From a virus, in IMG/VR virus record IMGVR_UViG_3300050026_000261, positions 4,703 to 68,702 of that record: a stretch of 64,000 bases of DNA; one strand, 5' to 3'. Each line of letters starts with the position of its first letter. Positions within the stretch are counted from its first letter, which is position 1. The notes under the pieces were generated by a model. The model had not been told where the DNA came from. It searched no databases and worked only from the letters and a program-made list of their open reading frames with translations. The position numbers were made by a program, and so were the translations under genes. Shown here in pieces: positions 9,834-18,711 of the stretch.

Positions 9834-10367
9834 TTACGGGAGATTCGTTAACGGCATAGATTTAATGAATATGGCAGGGCTACCTGCAAAAATCGAGTGC
9901 GAGGGAACATCGGTTATCACTACATAATTTGCACCAATAGCGATATCATCGCCTATATTGACGGGGCCTAGAATAGCAACACCGCAAAATACCTTAACCT
10001 TATCTCCAATTATTGGGACTCTGCGACCATTACGATTGCTGTAACTGTCTTTCATGCCGATAGTAGTATTTTGATATAGCGTAAAATTGTTACCTATTTC
10101 AACATTAGGGCCAATAACGATGCCGACAGGGTGAATAACACGAAAACCTGGACCAATTGTTGCGCTTGAATCTATTTCGGCACCAAAAAGAAAGCGTCCA
10201 AAATTTGTAAAAAAGTCAGAAAGAATGAGAAAATGGTTCCTGTAAAACCAGTTAGAAATACGATAATTTACAACTAGCCAAAAGGGAGAAAAGCAAAAAA
10301 AACCTCCAATCAATCGTAGCGGCGTTAATCTGCTGACACGATAATCGTCTTTAATTGACATGATCAT
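9834..10367 (-). CDS. Hexapeptide-repeat O-acetyltransferase (CysE/WcaB-like), AT-rich moron
   Basis: GAEIDSSATIGPGFRVIHPVGIVIG...PIIGDKV...IGANYVVITDVP left-handed beta-helix repeats; SD AAAGGAG favours a start at 10361. Confidence 0.85.
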   Translation of the reverse strand: MIMSIKDDYRVSRLTPLRLIGGFFCFSPFWLVVNYRISNWFYRNHFLILSDFFTNFGRFLFGAEIDSSATIGPGFRVIHPVGIVIGPNVEIGNNFTLYQNTTIGMKDSYSNRNGRRVPIIGDKVKVFCGVAILGPVNIGDDIAIGANYVVITDVPSHSIFAGSPAIFIKSMPLTNLP

Positions 10368-10385
10368 GCTCCTTTAAAAAGATGT

Positions 10386-10415
10386 ATTTAGCATAATATT
10401 CGGATAATGTTTAAG
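10386..10415. other. dif-like imperfect palindrome, candidate recombination site
   Basis: ATTTAGCATAA (1 mismatch to the reverse complement of the E. coli XerD arm TTATGTTAAAT), 8-bp spacer, TAATGTTTAAG. Confidence 0.35.
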
Positions 10416-10468
10416 AATCCCTTCTCGCGCTTTCGGAAGGGCGCTGACGCGAGAAGGAATAGGACAAA

Positions 10469-10482
10469 AGAACGTATTTTCT
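10469..10482. promoter_or_regulatory. Firmicute LexA (Cheo)-like SOS box
   Basis: AGAAC-GTAT-TTTCT versus GAAC-N4-GTTC, one core mismatch; just upstream of the recombinase promoter. Confidence 0.45.
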
Positions 10483-10506
10483 GGTTAGATATTGTTGGAT
10501 AGGACA

Positions 10507-10636
10507 TGATATGATACCGTAGAAGCAGACATAAGGGATCGGCCTGATCAGCTGGTCCTGGTGCGCTCCCTGGGCACACCCCTTGTCTGCTTCATCTCTT
10601 CCAGGGGCCAAAAAACCACCAGGGAGGGGTCATATC
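10507..10636 (+). promoter_or_regulatory. Extended -10 promoter plus structured leader RNA (copy 2, most divergent)
   Basis: TGaTATGAT; P1 GAAGCAGACA/TGTCTGCTTC; P2 GGGATCGGC/GCTGGTCCT; P3 loop TCCCTGG complementary to CCAGGGG and to CCAGGGAG (SD). Confidence 0.7.
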
Positions 10637-11473
10637 ATGCTTTTATCTCAGGCTTGGTCCGTCTATGAGGCGGACAAGTTCCTGGCCGGCTACTCGCCGG
10701 TCACACTCAAAAGTTACCGTCTACAGATCAACCTACTTATCAGGGGCATCGGGGATCTCGAGATCGGTGAGGTCACACTGGTGCAGCTCAAAAGCTACCT
10801 TGCTGCCCAGACTCATTTAAAGCCGGCCTCGTTGGGGCACCGGGTCAGGTTCATCCGATCATTCTTCAACTGGGCGCATCAGGAGGGCTTCATCCCACTT
10901 AACCCGGCATACAAGCTCTTTGAACCCAAGATAGGTCAACGGTTGCCCAAAGCATTGAATGAAGAGGATACTGAGATGCTCCGGGAAGGCTGCAAGTCAG
11001 CCCTCGAGCACGCCCTGATCGAATTTGCCTATACCACCGGCTGCCGGGTAGGGGAGATGTACCGCCTCGATCGGAATCAGATCAACTGGGAGCAGAGGTC
11101 GGCCATTGTTCTAGGGAAAGGCGACAAGGAGCGGGAAGTCTATTTTAGCATCAAATGCGGAATCTGGCTGAAGAAGTACCTACTTAATCGACACGACCAA
11201 GATCCGGCCCTGTTTGTGACGGAGCGAGCTCCGCATAGAATGAGCATCTCGGAGATCCGGTACATCGTCAAGCGAGTGGCCAAGAAGAGTGATGTCCAGG
11301 CCAACGTCTATCCGCACAAATTGAGACACAGCTATGCGACCCATTTATTAAATAATGGGGCGCCACTGGAAGCAATCCAGTCGTTTTTAGGGCATGCAAA
11401 GATCGAAACGACCCGTATATATGCGAATCTGAGCGGGCCGCGAAGAAGAGAACTGTATCAAAAGTATTTTTAG
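10637..11473 (+). CDS. XerC/XerD-like tyrosine recombinase
   Basis: Complete catalytic set [31 protein letters not shown]; N-terminal SAM-like domain; no arm-binding domain; ATG at 10637 has an SD. Confidence 0.95.
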   Translation: MLLSQAWSVYEADKFLAGYSPVTLKSYRLQINLLIRGIGDLEIGEVTLVQLKSYLAAQTHLKPASLGHRVRFIRSFFNWAHQEGFIPLNPAYKLFEPKIGQRLPKALNEEDTEMLREGCKSALEHALIEFAYTTGCRVGEMYRLDRNQINWEQRSAIVLGKGDKEREVYFSIKCGIWLKKYLLNRHDQDPALFVTERAPHRMSISEIRYIVKRVAKKSDVQANVYPHKLRHSYATHLLNNGAPLEAIQSFLGHAKIETTRIYANLSGPRRRELYQKYF

Positions 11474-11482
11474 GACATAACC

Positions 11483-11507
11483 AAGCCGCCTTTCGGGGCG
11501 GTTTTTT
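11483..11507 (+). terminator. Intrinsic terminator
   Basis: GCCGCCT-TTCG-GGGCGGT followed by a T tract. Confidence 0.85.
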
Positions 11508-11538
11508 CATTCCCCCCCTGGAAGGTGGTGATGAATAT

Positions 11539-11721
11539 ATGCCATTGGAAGAAGGCAGTTCAAAAGCTGTGATCGGGCACAACATAGGCGAACTTGAGAA
11601 TGCCGGACATAAGCCTTCGCAGGCCATTGCCATAGCTTTCAAAGAGGCCGGCGAGTCAAAAGATACCGGCCACCTCTCCGGTATGGATGCGATTCTCAGC
11701 CATCCACTGTCCAACAAATAG
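11539..11721 (+). CDS. Small head-cluster phage protein
   Basis: [16 protein letters not shown]...QAIAIA motif of a type common beside DUF2213 genes; SD AGGTGG. Confidence 0.6.
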   Translation: MPLEEGSSKAVIGHNIGELENAGHKPSQAIAIAFKEAGESKDTGHLSGMDAILSHPLSNK

Positions 11722-11786
11722 GTTTCACAGCGCCTCCCTGTGAGGTGCTTTTTTATTACCAAAACTCAAAAAGGAGGCACAAAACA

Positions 11787-12524
11787 ATGCCATTTCCCAG
11801 CGCCAATTTCCAGATCACCAACCAGGTAGGTTTCTCAATCGCTAACGGTGTTTTCATCAACGGCACCGCTGGGGTCGGCACCGCCGGGACATTGACTTCC
11901 GCGGCTAGCCCTGCAACCACCCTGTCTGGTATCACTGGCCCAAACTTCAACATCCAGCTTGATGGCGACCCGACGCCCCGCAATATCGTATTAACCAACA
12001 CCGATGCGACAGGGGCAGCTATTGCCGGCGAGATTCAATCGGTGATGCAGGCGCTGACTGGCGTACCAGCGAGCTACAAGACAGCGACCTGCGCCTACAC
12101 CAGTTCGAAGTATGTTATCACATCCGCTTTGTTGGGTAGCACATCGCAGGTTGTAGTGACTCCTGGCGCCACCGCAACCGGATCAACAACGGACATCGCC
12201 GCCACGCTGAAATTGACCACAGTTACAGGAGCGGTTGCCGTCCAGGGTACAGACACCGGTATATTCCAGACTGCCGCAGGAGCGCAGAATCCCTACGTAG
12301 CGCAGGAGAATACCCGCTCCCGGCTCTGGGTGACATCAGATACTGCAGGCTATCTGTACCTGATCAAGGATGGCATTGCCAGATTACTGAATGGCGGTAC
12401 GACTATGACCGTCCAAGTTCCAGTGATAGTGACGGATCTCCCGATCATGTTCGGGTCTACCTATAACATTGCCCATGCGGCAGCCGGAGCAAAGCTTAAA
12501 GTCGAATGGCTCGGCGGTATGTAG
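11787..12524 (+). CDS. Putative virion protein containing a sheath-type accessory domain
   Basis: SD AAGGAGG before ATG 11787; FNIQLDG...IAGEIQSVMQAL...YVITS...DIAATLKL block shared with the 7267 ORF. Confidence 0.6.
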   Translation: MPFPSANFQITNQVGFSIANGVFINGTAGVGTAGTLTSAASPATTLSGITGPNFNIQLDGDPTPRNIVLTNTDATGAAIAGEIQSVMQALTGVPASYKTATCAYTSSKYVITSALLGSTSQVVVTPGATATGSTTDIAATLKLTTVTGAVAVQGTDTGIFQTAAGAQNPYVAQENTRSRLWVTSDTAGYLYLIKDGIARLLNGGTTMTVQVPVIVTDLPIMFGSTYNIAHAAAGAKLKVEWLGGM

Positions 12525-12563
12525 ACCTTTGTCAATGCTGTTTTATATCGAGGTGGTGACGAT

Positions 12564-13832
12564 GTGAATTACTACGGCGACAAGATCAGCCCCAACATGA
12601 CCGTGACCCCCGAAGGTTATCTAATATGCCAAAATGTACCGATTGGGCGCACTGGCTGGATGGACTATCTGGGGCAGGAAATACCGGCATCCTTCGGGGA
12701 ACCGACGGGGAAGGTGGTCAAGGTATACCGGAGCCCGGAGGAGCTGTTCTCCCAGGCTACAATTGCCAGTTTTGAGGGCAAACCAGCCACTAATACCCAC
12801 CCTACGGCCAACCTGGATGTTAACACGGCGCCCATGACCGAACGGGGGCACGCTCAGAATGTTCACCCTAGTGGTGAATTTTTAGTCTGTGATCTGCATA
12901 TCCGGGATGCTGGCCTCATTTCCGAGATCGTCAACGATCTCAAGCGTGAGGTATCAAGCGGGTACGACTGCTCGTGGCACAAGATCGGCGATGGCAAATA
13001 CGAACAACGTGAGATAGTGGGTAATCACGTGGCTATTGTGCAAAACGGCCGCGCTGGATCGAAAGTAGCGATCCATGATGCAAAACCAGAGGATGCAAAA
13101 CCAGAAGACAAAGGAGGACGCAAGAAGATGAAAATCACCCAGAAGATGCTTGCAGCCATCGGGTTCAAGCATTTTGCCCAGGATGCCGAACCCGAGGACA
13201 TCGCTAAGGCCATGGATGCTTTGAAAGAAGACGAAGGAAAAGAGATCAAGGATTGCCACGTCAAAGACGAGGAGCCGAAGCCTGAACCAAAAGAAGAGAA
13301 GAAAGAGGAAGTCAAGGACGAGGCGCCCCCTAAATGGGCGAAGGGCATCATGGACGACATCGCCGAACTCAAAGCGGCGCAGGGCAAAAAGGAAGAAACC
13401 AAGGAAACTGCTGATTCCGTCCTGGATGCTGTCGAAGAGGATCTGAGGAAAGAAGCCAAGGACGAGGAAGAGACCAAGGAAGAAGAAGAGAAGGAAGAGG
13501 CCAAAGACGCCTTGACCGCTGGCACTCCCGATGCTCCCAAGGCTGCCGCAGATGCCGCCATCCGTAAATTCGTCCAGGATATGAAGCCCGTGATCATGGC
13601 CATCCCGGACGAAGCGGCCAGGCTGGAAGCGGCTAAGAAGTTTCGCAAAGGCATCCAGGATGCCCGAGGGCGCGGCGGCAACGGTTACGCTGACATTCTG
13701 ACCGTTGTGGCCGGTAACAAGAAGGCGGCCATGGATGCCCACGCCGTACAGGTGCAGACCGTCGAGCAACGTAACATAATGGCTTGCGACGCCTGGACTA
13801 AGGCCGGCGAAAACATGAAGGGAGGCAAATAA
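12564..13832 (+). CDS. DUF2213 prohead protease/scaffold
   Basis: TPEGYLIC.NVPIGRTG, VYRSPEELF, EVSSGY, NHVAIV..GRAG; acidic scaffold-like C-terminus. Confidence 0.9.
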   Translation: MNYYGDKISPNMTVTPEGYLICQNVPIGRTGWMDYLGQEIPASFGEPTGKVVKVYRSPEELFSQATIASFEGKPATNTHPTANLDVNTAPMTERGHAQNVHPSGEFLVCDLHIRDAGLISEIVNDLKREVSSGYDCSWHKIGDGKYEQREIVGNHVAIVQNGRAGSKVAIHDAKPEDAKPEDKGGRKKMKITQKMLAAIGFKHFAQDAEPEDIAKAMDALKEDEGKEIKDCHVKDEEPKPEPKEEKKEEVKDEAPPKWAKGIMDDIAELKAAQGKKEETKETADSVLDAVEEDLRKEAKDEEETKEEEEKEEAKDALTAGTPDAPKAAADAAIRKFVQDMKPVIMAIPDEAARLEAAKKFRKGIQDARGRGGNGYADILTVVAGNKKAAMDAHAVQVQTVEQRNIMACDAWTKAGENMKGGK

Positions 13833-13833
13833 C

Positions 13834-14397
13834 ATGCCCGGAACTGCGATTGGACAAGACCTCAATCTGGGTTACGCGGGCAAAGTATCCCGCAACCCGC
13901 TCAACAAGATCAACTCTCGCTACGTCAAGTCGATCCTTAACGGCAGTGGCGTTCAAACACAGCCCGTGATCCCCTTTGGCGCCACTGTGGTCACGAATGC
14001 CGACAATAGCTATTCCCTATTCGGTGCTTCCGGTGTCGGAGTCTCTACCCCCGTTTTCGCCAACTTCGCCGGCATAGCTGTGTCTGAGGTCAAGCAGTCG
14101 ATGACCTATGGATATGGCCCCAGCGTCAGCAACGGCCAGTTTGAGCCTGGCGTTCCCTGCGATGTGCTCCAGGCTGGTACCTGCACCGTATTCGTTACCG
14201 AGGGTGTTCCGACAGCAAACGGCCTGGTATACATCGTCACCGTGGCCGGCACTACATCTCCTGTCGGCTCCATCGTTGCCACTGCCACCCCCGCTGGCGG
14301 CACTGCCGTGCAGTTGACCAACGCCCGTTTCACATCAGGCAAAGTGGATCCGAACGGCATTTCTGAAATCGTACTGCTCACCCAGGCCAACGCCTAA
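13834..14397 (+). CDS. Capsid cement/decoration protein
   Basis: Lies between scaffold and major capsid genes; GYAG, IPFG, FAGIAV motifs. Confidence 0.7.
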   Translation: MPGTAIGQDLNLGYAGKVSRNPLNKINSRYVKSILNGSGVQTQPVIPFGATVVTNADNSYSLFGASGVGVSTPVFANFAGIAVSEVKQSMTYGYGPSVSNGQFEPGVPCDVLQAGTCTVFVTEGVPTANGLVYIVTVAGTTSPVGSIVATATPAGGTAVQLTNARFTSGKVDPNGISEIVLLTQANA

Positions 14398-14418
14398 CCG
14401 GCAGAAAGGAGAACCAAA

Positions 14419-15492
14419 TTGAACATCGAAGAACTGTTTGTTCCGACCAACCCGGGCTATAAAGCGGCAATGGATTCCCTGATGGCTTCTGGCAAGCTCG
14501 GCGCTGTGATACCGCATTCGCCCGGAGTAATCTACGGCCCTGGCATGGATGCCGGTGGACAATCTTCTGGCCTGGTATTCCTGGCCGGCCAACTTGAGAA
14601 ACAGGACCCGAGGTTGTTGGAACCGTTGACTTCGCTCACTGCTCCCCGGGACATCGACATGATCCCCGGCGGTGGATGGACTTCGATCACATCTAATGTG
14701 TTCGTAGACTATACCACTACCGGCAACGAAGAGGACTCGATCATTGGTTCTGAGACTACCAACATTCCAGTGTCCCAGGCCAACGTATCGAAGGATGTCT
14801 TCGTTGTGCATACCTTCAGCGAGATTCTGCGGGCGCCCCTGTTTGACGACTTGAAGCTGCAGCAGATCGGCAAATCGCTGACCCAGATCCTCGATGATGG
14901 GCTGAGACTCAACCATGGCAAGATGCTTGACCGTGATTGCTACCTCGGGATCACCAAGTCCGGGACGTATGGGTTGGTCAACAACCCGCTCGTCACTGCT
15001 GGATCAGCGGCGCAGGGTGCCTCTGGATCTACGCTGTGGGTCAACAAGACCCCGATGGAAATCCTGAACGACATTAACAGCCTGCTGATCGAGACATGGG
15101 GCGCTTCCCAGTACGATCTCTCGGGTATGGCGAACAGGGTACTGGTTGATCCGGCGAACTATGGCTATATCACCAGCGAGCCCGTCACCCTGGCCGGAGC
15201 AGAGTCGATCCTGACATATCTACTCAAGAACAATATCGCCGTCAATCAGGGACGCGAGCTCAACATCTTCCCGTCCCGCTGGTGCATCGGGGCAGGCATT
15301 GGAGCGACGCAGAGACTGGTCGCCTACAATAAGGCACCCAACCGCCTCAACATCGATCTGACGGTACCGTTGAGCAGGGTGATGACCGCTCCGAACACGA
15401 CTTCGGCTTCATACGAGACCATATTCGCATCGCAGTTTAGTCAAGTAAAAATATTGTACTTTCAGCCAGTGGCTTATTCTGACGGTGTTTAA
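14419..15492 (+). CDS. Major capsid protein (DUF2184 family)
   Basis: FLAGQLEKQDPRLLEPL, YGLVNNP, WVNKTPMEILNDIN; size and position. Confidence 0.9.
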   Translation: MNIEELFVPTNPGYKAAMDSLMASGKLGAVIPHSPGVIYGPGMDAGGQSSGLVFLAGQLEKQDPRLLEPLTSLTAPRDIDMIPGGGWTSITSNVFVDYTTTGNEEDSIIGSETTNIPVSQANVSKDVFVVHTFSEILRAPLFDDLKLQQIGKSLTQILDDGLRLNHGKMLDRDCYLGITKSGTYGLVNNPLVTAGSAAQGASGSTLWVNKTPMEILNDINSLLIETWGASQYDLSGMANRVLVDPANYGYITSEPVTLAGAESILTYLLKNNIAVNQGRELNIFPSRWCIGAGIGATQRLVAYNKAPNRLNIDLTVPLSRVMTAPNTTSASYETIFASQFSQVKILYFQPVAYSDGV

Positions 15493-15519
15493 GAAGCATA
15501 TCAGGATTTGAAACATTCC

Positions 15520-15565
15520 TAGACAAAGCCCTCTCTTATGGTTTATAATTAGCACAAGAGAGGGC
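15520..15565 (+). promoter_or_regulatory. Promoter embedded in an RBS-sequestering inverted repeat
   Basis: TAGACA-18-TATAAT; GCCCTCTCTT (15528-37)/AAGAGAGGGC (15556-65) perfect 10-bp inverted repeat with the -10 in the loop. Confidence 0.6.
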
Positions 15566-16240
15566 GTGAGTCGAATGGGATTAATAACTAAGAGAGGGCA
15601 ACACAACTTTGCTGATTTAACAGGGCAGAAGTTTGGCCGATTAACCGCGCTGGAGTACGATTTTTTTAGTAAGAAATGGCTTTGCCTCTGTGAATGCGGC
15701 AAGAAAAAATGGATAACTCCACCTGATCTAAAAAGAGGAATGACAAGAAGCTGCGGTTGTTTGCGGAGCCAACTTGCACGAGATGCCCATTTAAAGCACG
15801 GAAAAACTGGGTCTAAAGTATTCAATGCTTGGGTTCATATACGAGGGCGTTGCTTCAATCCCAACGATAAGCACTATGCAGATTATGGCGGTCGTGGCAT
15901 TACTGTATGTGAACGCTGGATGGATTTCAATAACTTCTATGCCGACATGGGTGATCCGGCAGAAGGCAGCGAACGAATATCCCTTGATCGTATTGAAAAC
16001 AATGGCAACTATGAACCTGGAAACTGCCGATGGGCTACCCAGAAGATGCAATCAGACAACAAAAGAAACTCACGATTTCATGCGTATCAAGGCGAGTCGC
16101 ATACTCTAGCCGACTGGGCGAAAATCAAAGGTGTGTCTTACGGCCAACTCCGGCAGCGGATCTATCAACGCGGCTGGGATTTCGAGGAAGCCATTACCGT
16201 ACCGCCTAGAGGCGTGAAGCATCCTTCGAAACCCAAATAA
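15566..16240 (+). CDS. HNH-type homing endonuclease (moron)
   Basis: DLTGQKFGRLT, WLCLCECG, SCGC, YGGRGITVCERW, LDRIENNGNYEPGNCRWAT; start may be ATG 15575. Confidence 0.9.
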   Translation: MSRMGLITKRGQHNFADLTGQKFGRLTALEYDFFSKKWLCLCECGKKKWITPPDLKRGMTRSCGCLRSQLARDAHLKHGKTGSKVFNAWVHIRGRCFNPNDKHYADYGGRGITVCERWMDFNNFYADMGDPAEGSERISLDRIENNGNYEPGNCRWATQKMQSDNKRNSRFHAYQGESHTLADWAKIKGVSYGQLRQRIYQRGWDFEEAITVPPRGVKHPSKPK

Positions 16241-16262
16241 AACAATCCTGCAACTTCAACCC

Positions 16263-16288
16263 AGAGCCTCCACCAGAGGCTCTTTTCT
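16263..16288 (+). terminator. Intrinsic terminator
   Basis: AGAGCCTC/GAGGCTCT stem followed by a T tract. Confidence 0.75.
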
Positions 16289-16321
16289 GTTTCACCAACT
16301 TAGTTTAAAAGGAGCGTTTTT

Positions 16322-16690
16322 ATGCTTAAGATTATAGCAAACAAGACCCTAGCATTTGACCGCGGCGAGAAAGACCGCGAGGGACGCCTGCTTAGGGAGA
16401 AAACGAAAGTCGGCTATTGTGAACTCCCGGAATGGGTAGCAGATACCACGTATTTCAAGGCTGCCGTCAAGGATGGTTCGCTGAAATACTTTGCCTATTC
16501 CTCTGAGGGCGATTCCGTGCAGAAGGAAATGGAAAAGCTAGCGAAGCTGAAAGAGGAGATCAGGGCGCTGGAGGAAAGAAAAGAAGCCCTGCTCGACGCC
16601 CCTGTGAGCATCAAAGCAATTGAGGCTGTCGAAGCAATAGACGCCGAACTCGCAGACCAGAAAGAAGAAGTCAAGGCCGCCAAGAAGTAG
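16322..16690 (+). CDS. Hypothetical head-associated protein
   Basis: SD AAGGAG; LPEWVADTTYFKAAVKDG motif plus coiled coil; position after the capsid gene. Confidence 0.6.
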   Translation: MLKIIANKTLAFDRGEKDREGRLLREKTKVGYCELPEWVADTTYFKAAVKDGSLKYFAYSSEGDSVQKEMEKLAKLKEEIRALEERKEALLDAPVSIKAIEAVEAIDAELADQKEEVKAAKK

Positions 16691-16698
16691 GTGATCCC

Positions 16699-17427
16699 AT
16701 GTTTGATGATCCGATTGGCATCGGGGGAGCCATATCCCCATATGGGCAGAACGTGGACGCAATGGTCGAGCAAACAACGGCTGTTGCGTCTAATGTTTTA
16801 TCCTGCGATAACCCGCCCTATCTGCTTTCTGATTTTCTGAATGCCTATCCGCAATTTGGGGGGACGCAGGCGACGATTGCAGGGACAGCCGCGTCCGGGA
16901 GTAATCTATTGACCGGTTTGTCCGGTACTGCAGGGATCGTCGTCGGGATGCTGGTCATCGGCGTTGGGCTTATTCCCGATGGAACCACTGTCACATTTGT
17001 TGGCAGTACCACAATTACTATGTCGGATCAGGCCACAGCAGGCGGCACCATGAACCTCATTTTCTATCCGCTCCTGACATCACTTTTCATTCTGCAGATG
17101 TATCTCACTTTAGCCATGGCCATTGTCAACCAGGCTCGATATAAGAGCTTCTGGCAGCCGGCAATGGGTTTCTTCATTGCTCACTTTGTGACTTTGTACA
17201 TGATGAGCATGACGCCAGCGGGAGCAGTGGCGCAGCAGGTTGTGGCAGCAGGTGAAGCCCGGGGGCTGCAAACGTCGAAGGGTGTCGGGGATATCAGCAA
17301 GAGTACCGACTATGCTGTTGTGGCCAAGGGGATCGATTTGTGGGCCGCGTACCATTTGACAATCCACGGGCAGATGTTTGCCTCAATGGCTAAGATGGTC
17401 GGTATGGGTGGCATGTATGTTCGATGA
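16699..17427 (+). CDS. Head-tail adaptor (DUF4054-like) with an inserted beta-rich segment
   Basis: DFLNAYPQF ... FIAHFVTL ... TSKGVGDIS ... LTIHGQMF; G/T-rich insert at about aa 55-120. Confidence 0.7.
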   Translation: MFDDPIGIGGAISPYGQNVDAMVEQTTAVASNVLSCDNPPYLLSDFLNAYPQFGGTQATIAGTAASGSNLLTGLSGTAGIVVGMLVIGVGLIPDGTTVTFVGSTTITMSDQATAGGTMNLIFYPLLTSLFILQMYLTLAMAIVNQARYKSFWQPAMGFFIAHFVTLYMMSMTPAGAVAQQVVAAGEARGLQTSKGVGDISKSTDYAVVAKGIDLWAAYHLTIHGQMFASMAKMVGMGGMYVR

Positions 17428-17439
17428 AAGGAGCCTACA

Positions 17440-17589
17440 ATGGTTATCATTAATACCACTGAAAACCTTGAAAAGCAGTTCAAAAAACTCTCCACTGAAA
17501 TTGAATGTCAGATTGGCAACATAACCGCAGATGAACTTCTGAAATTGATAGAGGCGCAGAAAACGCTTGTTGAAACCATGGCTATCTAG
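17440..17589 (+). CDS. Small hypothetical protein (49 aa, absent from the ORF track)
   Basis: SD AAAGGAG then ATG; open frame fills the gap between two structural genes. Confidence 0.5.
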   Translation: MVIINTTENLEKQFKKLSTEIECQIGNITADELLKLIEAQKTLVETMAI

Positions 17590-17591
17590 CC

Positions 17592-18284
17592 GTGGTCAAA
17601 GCAGAAGTCAAAACGACTAAAGATCAAACCGCCCAAATGTTCAAGTCCTTGATGGATCTGGCCAAGGTTGAGGTGTTGGTTGGGATCCCACAGGAAACAT
17701 CCAGCAGGGGCAGCAAGATCACCAACGCCGAGCTTGCCTTCATTCACACCCACGGGGTCCGGAGTAAATCAATGCAGCAGGAGATGGGGCAAAATATTCA
17801 GCTTGCCGCAAACGGTGCTCCGTTCACCGTTGATTACAACAAATTCCTCGATAACCTCGGCAAGATGACCTATGGCTCGGCCTTGAACCTGTATATTCAT
17901 GAGCACGGATCCCCCATGTGGCACATTCCACCTCGGCCAATAATCGAGCCAGCCATCAACGATCCGGAAAATAAGAAGGTCATCACTGATGATCTAAGAG
18001 AGGCCGCTCAAGCAGCTTTAGATGGTCATACAAGCACTGCGAAAACTGCTTTGAAAAAAGCCGGCATGGATGCTCAGAATCTGGTCAGGCAGTGGTTTGT
18101 GAATCCGAAGAACAAATGGGCGCAGAATGCACCCTCGACTATTGCGGCAAAAGGCAGTTCAAATTCGCTCATTGATCATGGCGAACTCCGACGAGCGATT
18201 GTCTATGTGATCCGAGAAAAGGGAAATGCTGAAAACCTTGCTATGGGTCGCCGCATGTCGAAAGCGAAAGCAACTCAAGTCTAA
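17592..18284 (+). CDS. Neck/tail-completion protein
   Basis: VLVGIP, HEHGSP..HIPPRP, NAPSTIAAKGS..LIDHGELRRAI motifs. Confidence 0.75.
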   Translation: MVKAEVKTTKDQTAQMFKSLMDLAKVEVLVGIPQETSSRGSKITNAELAFIHTHGVRSKSMQQEMGQNIQLAANGAPFTVDYNKFLDNLGKMTYGSALNLYIHEHGSPMWHIPPRPIIEPAINDPENKKVITDDLREAAQAALDGHTSTAKTALKKAGMDAQNLVRQWFVNPKNKWAQNAPSTIAAKGSSNSLIDHGELRRAIVYVIREKGNAENLAMGRRMSKAKATQV

Positions 18285-18312
18285 GGTGATCCGGAAGAAG
18301 GGCTGATGCGCT

Positions 18313-18690
18313 GTGTCTATCTACGATGTATCCGACGTTCTCTACGATCCCGATTTCTATCAGGATTTCACAGTCTATCGAAAAATCGGTTCCTGGATTA
18401 ATGGACGGTTCACGGAAATAGATCATCAGGTACTCCCTTTCGGCGGTCCGGTTTTGCCTGCTAGCAGCAGAGAAATTCAACAAGTTCCTGAAGGTGACCG
18501 AGTTGTTGGTATGATGGCATTCCGCTCAGACCAAGAAATTTTCGTCACCCATACCAATGACGATCAAGGCAATGCTGGGACATCGGATGAGATTGTCTGG
18601 CGAAATGATCGCTACCGGGTAGTAAGCGTAAATCCATGGATTGATCAGGATGGTGTCGGTCACTATACAGCGTTCGCCGTGTATATGTAA
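18313..18690 (+). CDS. Head-closure protein
   Basis: DVSDVLYDPDF, VPEGDR, DEIVW..RYRV; position. Confidence 0.65.
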   Translation: MSIYDVSDVLYDPDFYQDFTVYRKIGSWINGRFTEIDHQVLPFGGPVLPASSREIQQVPEGDRVVGMMAFRSDQEIFVTHTNDDQGNAGTSDEIVWRNDRYRVVSVNPWIDQDGVGHYTAFAVYM

Positions 18691-18711
18691 AGTGATTAAG
18701 GGGATGTTGCT

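Noticed and set aside
10420-10457. Integron attC site
   Set aside because: A hairpin is present but there are no RYYYAAC/GTTRRRY ends, it is single-copy, and the recombinase lacks an evident IntI-specific insertion
13078-13107. Short tandem duplication GATGCAAAACCAGA(G/A), and PPTI repeats at ~24088-24128
   Set aside because: Ordinary in-frame linker slippage repeats
12954-13865. Long minus-strand ORFs (303 and 218 aa) opposite DUF2213, and similar antisense ORFs elsewhere
   Set aside because: Shadow frames of biased or low-complexity coding sequence; no RBS or motifs, unlike the nested intein ORF
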